Assembly: GCA_965287045.1 (NCBI GenBank)
Contig: OZ336874.1
Location: 48,174,001 to 48,238,000 of the forward strand
Length of the DNA stretch: 64,000 bases
Origin: Carcharhinus amblyrhynchos
Taxonomy: Eukaryota
Direction: 5' to 3'
Under the pieces are notes generated by a model. That model had not been told where the DNA came from. It saw only the letters and a list, made by a program, of their open reading frames with translations, and searched no databases. Numbering within the stretch: position 1 is the stretch's first letter; every line of letters starts with the position of its first letter. The translations under genes and the position numbers were made by a program. Below are positions 11,573 through 25,325 of the stretch, one piece after another.

Positions 11573-13679
11573 ATTATTAATAGTGAATTTATTCGCATTG
11601 CAATTTGATTTGAGCACCTTCATGTCAAAACTCCTTTTTTGTTTTACTGTTGTGCATGGTGACAGCCTATTCATTTAAGTACACAGGTTTGTTAATTTTT
11701 ATTGTGCAATCATATATTCACAACAACCTAGAAGGGCTGACTTGCAGGTGATCTATGCAAGAATCTGAGTAGCTGGGAAGCTGCGCAGCTTAGAAAGAAC
11801 ACTGGTATCCATCTCGGACACACAAGATGTGTCAGCATTACTTTAGACTTCAGAAGACCCAGACAATTGGTTTATGAAAGATTTACTGAAAGCTTTCATA
11901 AACCCAACACCTTCCATATAGAATAATGTTTGTTCAATATGGTATACAGATAAGGGATCTTATTTAAATAGATCAATATTTACACCACACATGTTCTCCA
12001 GTGATCCGTTCCGCCTTGTGTCACAGAACAGTTGTATTTCAGGAAAGCAAAGTGGCTTAATAGCACACCAAAGAGATCAAATTAATTCAAAGAGATTGTT
12101 GTAATTAATGTTTCAATCAAAAACTTGCTGTTAAATATGTTTTGAAATTTAGCACTTGACATTATTTCTCTTGTTCCTCATCCATTGTATGGAGATGTTT
12201 TAAATGCTGGCACTGAACTTTTTTTTTGGACTATATATTGCTACAGATGGAAGCTACAATTTTAGTGGTGGTGTAGAAGTGAATGTGGTCTTTCTTTTGT
12301 GTGGAAAAGCAGGTTGTAGTGTGTGCTCCACTTCCTTCCCCTATGAGGAATTCACCCTATGAGGATCTGTCACGTACCCACTATACTGTGCATTGACAGT
12401 TTGAGGCACCAGAAATGTTCTGAGCTTGTACTTTTTGTCCTGAATGTGCAACACAGGCAGTAACTAGTTTTGCAAGATTTCGGTTCCAATAAAAGGTAGA
12501 GATGAGCTTGCTTGCTTGTGTGTTTTCTTGGCTTAAAATTCACGTTTTACTGAACTGGAGAAAAATAATTTGGAGAGATTCAATATTTTTGTATTCCTGC
12601 TAAAAGCAGTACTATTCCCCATGTTTTGTTGGTTATGAAACAATTAGATCCGTTATGCAACTGTTTGCAGATCACACCACATTCAGTGAGAAACTTTCAC
12701 TTATTGTAGCATAATACTAACTGTCTGGTCTGAAGACGAATCCTTGGCACCGGTTCCACAACATTAAAACAGCATGAAACCAAGTAGTCGTAATAGGAAA
12801 CAGAGTGCAGGCAATTAGATCAAATTCCTTTTGAAGTTCAAAGTTGTGGGGGCAAAATAAAACGACATAAATGCAAATTAACAGGAAGTTCAGTTGATAG
12901 CCTGCTGTGTGCTATGTGGCATTTGGTAATTCCCAGGCTCCTTTTTCATTTTGAATGTGTTTTAAATTGGCTAATGTACAGGTACAGCATGGAACCTTCC
13001 TTCTCTCTCTTTAAGGTTGTGTAAAGACAGATTGTTGAATGAGACATGTGGACAAAAGCTATTCTTCATGCCAGTTATACCCTTGCTGTATAGTATCAAT
13101 CTTTAAGCCTCATCTCCCTGAACAAAGTTAGATTTTATTTTTAGGAAGATGGTAGGACTTATGCTATAAAGATTTGAGAGTATATGAATTTCCTCAACTT
13201 CAGTTATGCTGTTGTGCCGGAAAATTTGTCATTCATTGATTCAGGTGAGTCAGTGCATAATTGAGGGACCCAGCATTGGGAAATGGGGCCCACTGAGTGT
13301 CCCTACCCACTGATCATCCCTACCCACTGATCTGACTCCTTTGTTGCTGATCCCCCACCATCTCCCTCTTACTGTCAGTATTCTGGGATCCAGTGACAAT
13401 CCTAGGCCGCGACTGGATGTAATGCCAGTGGCGCTGCTATTCAGTGGAGCTGCTAGCCTGTGGTTGGCAGCTGTCAGGTGGGACTTCGATCTCTGGGACG
13501 CCCATTGCTGTCTTGTCACATTCTTAAATGAAGACAACTTTCCCAAAAGAGATGACCTGGGGCTGTCACTGACTTTCCACCTGAAATTCTTCTGTGACCC
13601 CTCATGAGATTCTGGCCATGAAATTTGCAACATAGAAGCTGACCTTTCAGCTCAACTGGTTGATAGTGGTTTTCATTTC

Positions 13680-14100
13680 TCTCACAGCCCTCCTGCCATC
13701 TTATTTCACCCAATTCTATCACCGCATCCTGTTTCTCTTTCACCTTCATGCAGTCAACTAAGTTTTCCCTTAAATATCTTTGTGCTTTCTATCCCAACAC
13801 CTACTTATTTTAGCAAAGTAAATTTGTTTTTCCTGAATTTCCCATTGAATTAATTTTAATGATGACACCTAGTTTTGTTCTGCCATAAACAGTAACCTCT
13901 TCCCCACATCTATTCTATCAACATTTTTTATCAACATCTCTAAAATTATAATGTGGCTGCTCAGCCCTCTCACTTCCAGAGAAAAGAGCTCCAGCACGTT
14001 TTGCCTTTCCTTCAAGGATAGAACATTTCAGTTCAGATATCATCCTTGAATCTCTTTGCACCTCTTCCAGTTACTCCTTTCGTAAACTGAAGAGAAAAAA
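13680..14100 (-). mobile_element. Highly decayed CR1 3' fragment
   Basis: Residual matches to CR1 minus-strand 3' sequence (tctattctatcaac, ccagagaaaagagctccagc, gaatctctttgcacctcttccag). Confidence 0.6.
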
Positions 14101-15429
14101 ATAACTTTCACCGTTGTTCTCAAATTGGCTCGAGCTGTGCCCACTGGACACCATTCCAGACAGAAGTCGCCCAATTGCTGAACAAGAACCTCACATTCCT
14201 GGATCTTCCTATCTCCGAGCCAGCAGTTGTGTTCCTGGAACTGGCACTGGCTCCCATACCCTCACACCCAGGCTCAATCAACTGTGCAGACAAAAATGAA
14301 AGAACTCACCACAATAATATCCTGGCAAGCTCTCTGCGAGGCCAAAATGATATCTGGACCAGTGTCATCCATCAAGTGCATAGAATCAGTTATGGCTGAG
14401 GTGCTGTCATTGAAGTCAATCCGTCAGTACAGACATCCTAAAGAATCTGCCCTCTAATGCTCTTTGAAAGCAAGTGAGAACGTGCCCGGCTGCTTTTCAT
14501 CAGGGGAACTGGACTTCCTGGCAATGGACTTCTTACTGTTCATGTTGTCAATAATTGCTTGGTTAATGTTCTGTGCCATGTGAGCCAGTATGCCACCCTA
14601 AGGAATTTGGTTATCCTGTAGATGCTCATCCTTCTGCCTGAAATGATGCCCAATTGGATGAATTTGGCTGATCTCTGGATGAGTGTGTCCTGTTTGGATA
14701 TAAACCCTGACAGTTCCCTGACCAATGCAACAGAGATCACCTGTGGCAACCTGGAAGGATGTGAAGCCAAAAACAGAGATGTTGTCACTTCACGGGCGAA
14801 ATTGTTAGTAAGATGATTAATCTAATGAAGTTGGTAGAGATGCCTGCTGGCATTGTTACCAAAGCATTGCCATCAAACGTACACCACATCAGAGAAGTTC
14901 TTATAGGACTAGTGTGGCCTATACATATGTGTGCACATAGTACATTTTTATTATCTACTGTGCTGCCTCGTTCTCCTGTTTTTGACATGCAACTCTTCCT
15001 CCATTAGGGTGGCATGGCGTGGTCTGCCCACGAGCAAAGCCGCTTATCTAAAAGTAACCGGGTGAAAGTTTTGAGGGTGGAAGAGATCAGGGATCCCAAA
15101 AAGCAAATTCTAGGAAGAGAGCCAAGCGAATACTGCAATAAAATGCTGTAGTTAGGGATAGAAACAGTTTCCTTGAACCTCGTAAGGAGTATGTGATGTA
15201 AATGCCTGCTTCAGTTCACCAGTACCCTCTTTATTCTTGTCTGAAGTGCTTAAGGTGCTACTGGGCCATTTTTGTCTTCATGTGAAGTTACAACAATTGT
15301 AGTAATAATGTAAACTACTGTGTACTTGCACAGCAAGGCAAATAAGCACTGGGGGCTTTGGATACAAGAGTTGCACTGTTCAAAATTAGCATATAGTAGA
15401 ATAATAGCATATAAGATAGAGAATTACCT

Positions 15430-16454
15430 AACTGACAGAACATAGAGAATTGGAATAAGAGGTGCTTTCTCAGGGTGGCAATCTGTAACTTGTGGAGTGC
15501 CACAAAGATCCGAGCTGGGATCACAATTATTTACAGTAAGTATTAATGACTTGGATGAGGGCATTGTTGCCAATTTTGCAGATAATGTAAAAATAGGTGG
15601 GAAGGTAAGTGATGAGGATGACAGAGTCTCTGGGGGATATAGATAGTTTAGGTGAGCGGGCAAAAATTTGGCAGAAGGAATATAATGTTGGAAAATGTGA
15701 AGCTATGCACTTCAGTAGAACAAATAAAGAATCTGAGTATTATTTTAATGGACGAAGACTACAGAAAACTTCAACACAGCGGGATTTGGGGTCCCTATGC
15801 GTAAATCACAAAAAAACTAGCGTGCAAGTTCAGCAGGTAATGGAAGGCAATTGAAATGTTGGCTTTTATTTCAAAGGAAGTAGAGTATGAAAGTAGGGAA
15901 GTCTTGTTGAAACTATACAAGGCATTGGCTAGACCCCACCTGGACTGCTGTGAACAGTTTTGGTTCTCTTATCTAAGGAAGGATGTACTTAGATTAGAGG
16001 CAGTGCAGAGAAGGTTCACTCGGTTGATCCTGGGTATGGAGGACTTTTCTTCGAAGGAAAGGTTAAGTAGGTTGGGCATGTACTCACTGGAGTTTAGAAG
16101 AATGAAAGACAAACAGGATTCTCAGGGGACTTGACAGTGTAGATGCTGAGAAGATGTTCCCTCTTGTGGGAGGGTCTAGGAACAGAGGGCATAATCTCAG
16201 AGATGAGGAGGATTTTCTTCTGAGGGTAGTGAATCTGTGGAATTCTTTACCTCGGAGAGCTGTAGAGAGTGAGTCATCAAGTATGTTCAAGGTTGTGATA
16301 GACAAATTTCTAATCAGTGAGGGAATTGAGGGTTATGGGGATAAGGTGGGAAAGTGGAGTTGAGGATTATATCAGATCAACCATGATCTCAGTGAATGGA
16401 GCAGACTCAGTGAGCCGAATGGCCTACTTCCGTTCCGACATCTCACGGTCTTAT
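15430..16454 (+). mobile_element. Decayed CR1 LINE 3' part
   Basis: ORF fragments YNVGKCEAMHF, VLLKLYKALARPHLDCCEQFW and RVVNLWNSLP...GYGDKVGKWS*, followed by a 3' UTR with gccgaatggcctact. Confidence 0.92.
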
Positions 16455-16592
16455 AAGCAATGTAACAGTTGCAAAGTGCGATGAGGAAATTCAGAACCAT
16501 TGAATTCTCTATTTTCTTGATCTCTCATTCATAGTTGCTTTCCATTTTCAGAATGGATTATTTAATTTATCTGCCAGGTTAAAGGACTCTGT

Positions 16593-16723
16593 ATAAAAGC
16601 AAATTACTGCGGACGCTGGAATGCTTTTTGACAAGGGGTCGTCTGGACTCGAAACGTAAGCTCTTTTCACTCCTTATAGATGCTGCTAGACTTGCAGAAA
16701 ATTTCCAGCATTTTCTCTTTTGA
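16593..16723 (+). mobile_element. Short Penelope-like (family B) insertion with 14-bp TSD
   Basis: Perfect direct repeat ttaaaggactctgt at 16579-16592 and 16724-16737. Contains a degenerate hammerhead core (ttgacaag-gggtc-gtctg-gactc-gaaacgta). Confidence 0.82.
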
Positions 16724-17059
16724 TTAAAGGACTCTGTGCCTAGGAGGTGGCTCTTGGAAAATAGCTGTACAGCTGAGTACTGAGTCTTCCTTGCTGTTTT
16801 TCTGTAAAACAATTAAAGTGAACAACGTGCAAAGCAGTTGTATATTGATATAGTTATAAAGGTTACTATAAATACCAACATTTTTGTAATTCACTTCAGT
16901 ATTGATAAGCAAATTGGAGTCTGAAGAAAGCCTGGATATTAATGACTTCAGAGTGGGATGCAGATCTGTGACTGTGTGTGTGAATGCTTTGTACCACGTG
17001 GCAAACTTTCACTTTTGATTCTTGTACATTCTGAGCCAGAATTACAAAAAATTGTATTT

Positions 17060-17420
17060 ATACAATATTATTCATGATCCTAGGGCATTCCAAGTGTTGT
17101 CATCATGATGGAGAGAATTGCGACAAGTGATTGATGCGCATAACGTCCTTCACATACAGCAATTGTATAAATTATAAGTTTATTGATTTTGATGTTTGAG
17201 GTATATTTGTTGGCTAGGATAATAAGAGAAATTCCTCTACATTTCAGTGGTATCTTTTACATCTATCTGGGGGTAGATAAAATCTTAGTTTAATATACCA
17301 TTCCAAAGTTCCCCTCAGTATTGCACTGCAATTAAAACATACACCATGTACTCAAATCTCTGGACAGGAGCTTGAATCTGTGACCTTCTAAATCCAAGGC
17401 AAGGGCACTGTCACTGAGAA
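17060..17420 (-). mobile_element. Ancient DeuSINE-like (SacSINE1/AmnSINE1-type) remnant
   Basis: ccctcagtattgcactg...tactcaaatctctggacaggagcttgaatc...cactgag matches my recollection of the reverse-complemented head and Deu domain. Confidence 0.6.
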
Positions 17421-19849
17421 AACACTGATATTGTATCTGACAAATGGAACAAATAGATTGTAGCCATATCTGACAAGTGGCTACAATTTTATTATTTATA
17501 CTGGAAGCAACATTGCCTTGATTTAGTTTTGCTTCCCCTCTCCACTTCTGTCTTCTCACTGCCTCTCCAGCTGGCAGGGATATTGAGGATGTGGAAGGTG
17601 CTATGTTAATGCAAACTTCCTTTCACTACACCATACAAGTTAGAAGTTGGAAATAGTTATTGTTTTTTTTCAAGCAATTATGCTGTAAGCCTTATTATCT
17701 TGTCGCCTGGACTGCATGCGTAAGATAAGGCTTTGACCCAAATTATAATTTGCTGATTATGCTGCCTTGAGGATTATGTTTTCACATTTTTAGAAAAGTT
17801 GGAGCATCTGTGTTATTTGCATTAAGGTAATTAAGTGCCCTTCTGTAGCCCTGTGTAAACTGAACTAGTACATCAGTACTGTATATAAAAAAAGCAGCAA
17901 ATGGCAGTGGCTGTTGATCTGTAAAATGTTGTTCTGAAATGCTCAAGAGATCATATTAAAAATGATTGCCCTTATGCAAAGTGTTATATATTTGTCCGTT
18001 TTGGCTCATTGTAGTGTCCTGCTGCAGTAATGTATGCAAGGAAGGAATGAATTGCAATATAAAGTAGGAAACAGAGAAGCAGCAGGAATGAGAGAAAACA
18101 CAACAAAATAAAGTTACATATATTTATCAAGTGTTCCTGAGTGTCTTTGTCCAAATACACAATGCAAAGCAATTGTTATCTCTTCTTCAGGTTTTTAGCC
18201 TGAAGTGCTGGGCAATCAGATTGCTGCATCATCGAAGTGCTGCTGAGGCACCTTTTGGGCACCAAACAATTTCAAATAGTGTTCTGTTTTGACAGCAGCA
18301 GGTCATATTGTGACCTCACTGGCTGACAGGAAAGTGTAGCCAAAGCACTGCTTCTTTTAATACTGTAACAATAACGTAGGTAGACGGAAGGAGTTTCATA
18401 CCTCTCCTAGATCTCTGAACTTGACAAGAATGTTTGGTAGAACGTTGTTTGAACAAAACCTCTACATCAGAAAGTATCTTGTTAAATAATAGGTGCTTAG
18501 AAATGGATAACCACATATTTATTTTGAAACTGTGCTACTCATTTACTGTTCTTTGTCGGATCCCGAAAGTTCACACATGATCTTCATTTCAAACACCTGC
18601 TTCTCAGTGTGATGTTGATCTGAACAGTGCGTGTCAGATTTCTGCTAGAGTCAAACAACTTGTACTGAAATATAGCTCTTTTTGATGAGCCCTGTGTGCT
18701 GACTAAAATTAATTCTAGTGCGGCTGGTACAGTGCTCTGAGCAGTTTGAATAGGATTATGATTCTTAGCATGGCAGAGCTGCCAGAAGTGGATATCTGAG
18801 CTTCCTTGATAGCCCAGTTGGTGAATGTATTGTTTAGCATAGAACAGCAGGCGTGCAGATCAGGGAAGTCCCTGGATTGTATGGTGTTAACTGGTGTAAA
18901 TCGCAGTGGTGGTAAGTAGTTCTGGTTAGTTTTAAACACAAAATAAATCAGCCGCTGTATCCACTTCTAGTGGCTACTGCGAGAAAATGGCCAATCCAAA
19001 TTTTGGGTTTGGAATAACGGTGCTGCTTATCAGCAGCAATGGACACTGGTAAATACAGAAATCAGGAAGGCACTGTCCACTTTGCACTGCTCCTGCGCAA
19101 GGTTTTTTACATTGCTGTCTGACTGAGAAAATCAGTGTTTAAGATACCTGATCGAAATGATGTATTGCCCACTAAACATGCCAGATAAAACTAGGACTTG
19201 TGCATTCAAGTAAGTGAATTTTTAAGTATGCCAGCTTTTAATCCCAAATAGCCCTTTATAAATGTGAAGTCTCATGCCTTCACGAACTACTTATTGAAGA
19301 TTTTTAAAAATAGAAATAGCTTTTTTCATTCTCTTTCGATGCTCTTTCCATCTCTTTCTGAATCCCAGCTTTCCTTTTTATTTCACTTTCTGTGCACAGT
19401 TCATTTAGCTACAGTTCCTAGTTTAGACTGCATTCGCGAATAAGGACTCTTCAGTTCGGTTGAGGAGACAGACTGTTGCTTGCTCTAGTGGTTACCGGAC
19501 AAGTGGGACTCCTGATGACAGTAAGTTGCCACTTCAGTACCCTTATAAAGTGTATGGACAGCTGTAAGCAGCATGAATTTGGGAATGCTTAGTCACTGCT
19601 CATCACAAAATCCAGGTTCAAGTTTTTTTTTGTTCGTTTGTTGGATGTGGGCTTCGCTGGCAAGGCCAACATTGATTGAGCATCCCAAATTGTCCTTGAC
19701 AAAGAGGTTGTGAGCTGCTTTCCTGAACTGCTGCTGTCCATGTTTTGACATTGTGTGCGCCCTGGTTCATACTTGGCTAAGCTATCCTCCCCACAATCAG
19801 TTACTGTTCAGCTTCACAGCTAAAGAATCGTTACTTGGGTAAGAAATCA

Positions 19850-20075
19850 GAAGATAATTGGCAAAAGAATTGGGGGAACATGAGGATTTTTTTTTAAATG
19901 CAGCAAGTTGTTAAGAACTGCTGTGCACTGCCTGAAAGATGGTGAAAGCATTTTTGAAAGGAAAAAATTGCAGGACTATGAACATAGAATCCCTAGAGTG
20001 CAGAATGTATCATGGGGAGCAAGCAACAAAATGAAATTGTTTAGGAAAACTCTTTCAAGGAGCCAGCATAACATA
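19850..20075 (+). mobile_element. Old CR1 3' end fragment
   Basis: aagataattggcaaaagaa...gcagcaagttgttaag...ctctttcaaggagccagca. A related fragment lies at 43570-43850. Confidence 0.55.
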
Positions 20076-20257
20076 ATACATTTCTCCTGTCCAATATCAA
20101 GCCGTAAATTTATGAGCTATGTTTGCAGGAAAGGAGGCAAACAATTTAAGAGAGAGAATTTTCTGTGAATATGTAACTGGAAATTACTTCCAACTGCACA
20201 CTGATTTATTTTCTGTCCACTGACAATTTACTCAGGTTTTTGCTAATCCCATTAGTC

Positions 20258-22000
20258 TTTTCATTCTTCCATGGGATGTGGGCAGCACCGGCCAAGCCAG
20301 CATTTATTGCCCATTCTAATTGCCCTTGAGAAGATGAGCTGCCTTCTCCAACCACTGCAGTCCATGTGGCGTAGGAACACCCACAGTGCTGTTATGTTTG
20401 TGCTGGGAGCTCCAAACCTTTTCCCCAGCAACAGTGACAAAATAACAATATAGTTCCAAGTCAGGACAGTGTGTGACTTGGAAGGGAGCTTGCATGTTGT
20501 GGATTTCCCCTTCATCTGCAACCTTATCCTCTAAGTGGTAAAAGTCATGAGTCTGGAAGATACTGCTGAAGGAGTCATGGTGAGTTACTACAGTGCATCT
20601 TGTAGATGGACATGGATTGCATCAGTATGTAAAGAGTTGGGAATAGTGCTGAACATTACGCGATCATCCTTGAACATCCTCACTTCTAATATTACGATGG
20701 AAGGAAGGAAGATTATTGATGAAACAACTGAAGATCTTTGTGCCTAGGACACTACCCAGAGAAACTCCGGCAGTGATGTTCTGGACTGAGAGGGTTGACC
20801 TTCAGCAACCACAACTATCTTCCTTTGTGTGAGCCATGACTTCAAATAGTGAAGTGGTTTCTCCCTGCTGTCCATTGACTCAAGTTTTCCTAGGGTTTCT
20901 TGATGCCACATGTGGCCTAATGCTGCCTTGATATCAAGGGCAGTCACTCTCACCTCACCTTGAGTTCAGTTTTTTTGTCCATGTTTGGACCAAATCTGCA
21001 ATGAGATCAGCAATCGAGTGGCCCCGGTGGAACGCAAACTGACCATCTGTGAGCAGGTTATTGTGAGTAAGTATCGCCTGATAACTTTTAATCACTTTGC
21101 TGATTAGTTGAGAGTAGATTGATGGGAGGGTGATTGGCTGGCTTGGATTTGTCCTGCGTTTGTGGACAAGGCATGCTGTTGTACTTTTTCTCTTGGCGGG
21201 TAGATGCCAGTACTGCAGCTATACTGGAACAGTTTGAAATGGAGAGCAACTAGTTCTGGAGCACAGGACTTTGTGCCTGTTGCCAGAATTATGCCAGGGT
21301 CCAAAGTCTTCACAGCATTCAATATCCTCAACATTTCTTGATATGATGTGGGGTGAATCAAATTGGCGTCTGTGATGCTGGGGACCTCAGGAGGAGGCTG
21401 AGATGGATCACCCACTTAACATTTCAGGCTCAAGATGGTTGTAAATGCTTCAGCCTTGTCTTTTGCATGATTATTTGTGTCCCCATTATTGTCCACTGCC
21501 ATTCACAACTGAATGCAGCATGACTGCAGAGCTTAGATTTGATCCACTGCTTGTGGGATTACTTTGCTCCATCTCTTGCATGCTCTCTTCTGACAAGAGA
21601 GCACGGTGGCACAGTGGTTAGCACCGCTGCCTCACAGTACCAGGGACCCGGGTTCGATTCCCAGCTTAGGTCATTCTCTGTGTGGAATCTGCACATCCTC
21701 TCTGTCTGCGTGAGTTTCTTCCAGGTGCTCCAGTTTCCTCCCACAGTCTGCAAGACGTGATGCTTAGGTGTATTGGTCAAACTAAGTTCTCCCTCAGTGT
21801 ACCTGAATAGGCACCAGAGTGTGGCAAATAAAGAATTTTCACAGTAACTTAATTGCAGTATTAATGTAAGCCTACTTGTAACACTAATAAATAAACTTTA
21901 AACTTTAATTCTGTATTGAATCTTCACCTGCTTGACATCTGATTTTTTAGGTTTGCCTGTTGCTGTTCCTGGCATGCCATCCTGCATTCTTCTTTGAACT
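20258..22000 (-). mobile_element. Old LINE of a second family (CR1/L2 group, 'ALDIKAAF' type), interrupted by the SINE at 21601-21908
   Basis: ORF 20744-20953 (RVTALDIKAALGHMWHQ...LTQRKIVVVAEGQ) and ORF 21104-21415 (KSCAPELVAL..KLFQYS..GIYP) are RT-like. Tail ccagcatttattgcccattctaattgcccttgagaag. Confidence 0.85.
21601..21908 (+). mobile_element. V-SINE with alternative (non-CR1) 3' tail
   Basis: Same tRNA head and V core as the other copies. Tail ttcacagtaacttaattgcagtattaatgtaagcctacttgtaacactaataaataaactttaaacttta. Confidence 0.88.
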
Positions 22001-22681
22001 TGTACTGAAATGTGAAACTTGGAACAAAGGAACAAGGTGGAGGAAACTGGAATGCCTATCATAAGTTTGTGCTACAATATGTAGATTGAAGCTCAGAACC
22101 ATGTAGCCCACATCCATGTAATCATCATCAGCATGATTAAGAGAAATGTGATCGTGACTGCTTTGTAACTTTAATGGTGACTCATACTGAAAATGTTTTT
22201 TAAGCAACTGAAAATATAATGCAAGTTGAAATAGATAAACAAAAGAAGGTTGATGTAACAATCAAACACCCGAAAGTGACTTTTTTCCATTCTGGGTTTA
22301 ACTTTACTTGCATTTTGAATTAAGTAATCGCAGGAAGTTTGTTTGCAGGACATTTTAGCTTCGAAGTAGAGCTGTTACAATCACTTGAAATGCCGTTTGG
22401 GTTCAAGGACTGATAGATGGAGGCAAAACATCCAGGATTTTTGTGGTGCTATCTTGTGTTTCTGTGCCCTGATTATGCATGTCCCTGAATGTAAACACTC
22501 CAGGAAATTTTGATTGTTAAAAGAAATGGAAGGAACGTGGAAATTACTTCCAAAAACATCCTGTTTGGAACTGTAATGTTTGCCACAACTTTTCAGGAGA
22601 TCAAATAATCAAGTTCACTGACATTTAAGAAGCGTTTTTCAATTACAATGTCATATTTCAAAACTTCATTATTATTGGATG

Positions 22682-24209
22682 ACATAAGAACATAAGAACA
22701 TAAGAAATAGGAGCAGGAGTAGGCCATCTGGCCCTTCGAGCCTGCCCCGCCATTCAATAAGATCATGGCTGATCTGTCGTGGCTCAGTTCCACTTTCCCG
22801 CCCTCTCCCCATAACCCTTAATCCCCTCTCTTATCAAAAACCCATCAACCCGCTTCTTAAAAATATTTAGCGAGGCAGCCTCCACCACTTCAACGGGCAG
22901 AGAATTCCAGAGATTCACCACCCTTTGAGTGAAGAAGTTCCTCCTCAACTCCGTTCTGAACTGCCCCCCCTTTATCTTGAGGCTGTGCCCCCTAGTCCTA
23001 CTGTCTTTTTGAGCGGGAAGAGTCTTTCCACCTCTATCCTATCCATCCCATTCATCATCTTATACGTCTCAATGAGATCTCCCCTCATTCTTCTAAACTC
23101 TAACGAGTACAAGCCTAGTTTATTCAGCCTCTCCTCATAGCTCAACCCCCTCAACTCCGGTATCAGCCTAGTAAACCTCCTCTGCACTCCCTCCAAGGCC
23201 AAAATATCCTTGCGCAGGTGCGGCGCCCAAAACTGCACACAGTACTCCAGCTGCGGCCTCACCAATGCCCTATACAGCTGCAGCAAGACCTCCCTACTTT
23301 TATATTCAATCCCCCTCGCTATGAAGGCCAGCATCCCATTCGCCTTCCTGACCACCTGCTGCACCTGCAGGCTGGGTTTTTGCGACTCATGCACAAGGAC
23401 CCCGAGGTCCCTCTGCACCGTCGCCTGCTGCAGTTTTTCGCCACGTAAGTAATAGTCCTTCCTACCATTCTTCCTACCAAAGTGGACCACCTCACACTTG
23501 CCAACATTAAATTCCATTTGCCATTTCCTGGCCCATTCACCCAGCCTATCTAGATCCTTCTGCAGACTCTCCACACCCTCCGCACAATTTGCCTTTCCCC
23601 CAAGCTTGGTGTCATCAGCAAATTTCGACACCCTACACTCGGTTCCCTCCTCCAGATCATCTATATAAATGGTAAATAGCTGAGGCCCCAGCACCGACCC
23701 CTGGGGCACCCCACTAGTCACCAACCGCCAATCCGAATAGCACCCATTGACCCCCACTCTCTGCCTCCTATTTGACAACCAATCCTCTATCCACGCTAAC
23801 ACCCTACCCCCAACTCCATGTCCTCTGACCTTCTGCAGTAACCTCTTGTGAGGTACCTTATCAAACGCCTTCTGAAAATCCAGAAAGACCACATCCACCG
23901 GCTCTCCTCTATCCACCGCCCTAGACACATCCTCATAGAACTCCAGTAAATTTGTCAGACACGACTTCCCTTTAATGAAACCGTGTTGCGTCTGCCCTAT
24001 CAAGCAATTCCCTTCAAGATGCCTCGCAATTTCCTCCTTAATGACGGATTCTAACATTTTACCTACCACAGACGTTAAACTAACCGGCCTGTAATTCCCC
24101 GCCTTTTGCCTGGCACCCTTCTTAAACAACGGCGTAACATTAGCCGTTTTCCAATCCTCCGGCACTTCCCCGGAATCCAGCGACGTCTGGAAAATAACCA
24201 CCAAGGCAT
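22682..24209 (-). mobile_element. Young 5'-truncated CR1 LINE (RT domain; ORF 22972-24216)
   Basis: 414-aa ORF with GNYRPVSLTS, FLDFQKAFDKVPH, GVPQGSVLGP and FADDTK. A 1-bp deletion in the T run at 23006-23010 frameshifts the C-terminus. (cataagaa)n tail. No endonuclease domain or ORF1. Confidence 0.98.
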
Positions 24210-24974
24210 GCTTCACACATTAACTGGACTTTATCTCGATGAAGTAAATAATGTGGCGTCTTACAAAATACTTTCCATTCTATTAGCCCACTTAAATGAA
24301 AAGCATTCCGAGAGTTAATATTATGGGTTTGCAGTGGAAGATATGACAGAAAGACAGTTCAGGCAAAAAAAAACATTTTAATGTCAAAAATGTTCCAGTT
24401 GTTGTTCTCCAGTGTTGTTTGAGATTGGCTCTGTTGCACGTCTCAAAGAAAAGCAGTTCCTAGAATATTTCACGATAATTGACAATTGCCAACATAGTCT
24501 GTTTAAATGAGAAAATCCTAACTTAAATTACAAAAGGCTTTAAAATTCTTTTATGTTTCTGAATAGCTAAATGTAATTTATATAATTGACGTTATCTGTA
24601 TGGAAGAGTGTACGTGGCAGCAATGACAAGCAGAGTGGTTAAGTGATTATATGTATTGATAGCTATAATTTTATCAATGCATTGTATTTTATCTTGCATA
24701 TAAAAGTCATTTACCAACTGTGACTTTGTTTTTGGTTAAATGTAACTTACAGAATAATTGGTCCATGTTGATTGCCATTTCAACAGTTTGTGCTGCTGAG
24801 GATCCCTCAAACATTCATTAGGATCCAAGGGTTAATTTTCACAATCCAGCAAAGAGTACTGAATAGTACGCAACAATACTTCAGTCATACTGAAAGTACT
24901 CCAGTAATAGCCATAGCCCTAGCCAAGGTGTTCCAGTGAAACAGCAACATGTGGGAAATTGCTGAAATTGCCGC

Positions 24975-25325
24975 TGGGGTGGTTAGTGCTGTTGCCTCTC
25001 AGTGCCAGAGAATTGGGTTCAGTTTCAGCCTTGGGTGACACTGTAGTTTGCACATTCTCCCCATGTCTGTGTGGGTTTCCTCTAGGTGCTCTGGTTTCCT
25101 CCTACAGTCCAAAGATGTGTGGATTAGGTTGATTGGCCATGATAAATTGCCCTTTCGTGTCAGAGGGACTGGCAGGGTAAAACATGGTGCTATAGGGATA
25201 GGGCCTGGATGGAATTGTGGTCAGTGCAGGTTGGATGGGACCAATAGACTCCTGCACTGTATGGAATTGTGGTCGGTGCAGACTCAATGGGCCAAATGGC
25301 CCGCTTCTGCGTCATAGGGATTCTA
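24975..25325 (+). mobile_element. V-SINE with tandemly duplicated tail
   Basis: Head and V core present. The tail unit beginning atggaattgtggtc starts at both 25209 and 25261. Confidence 0.85.
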
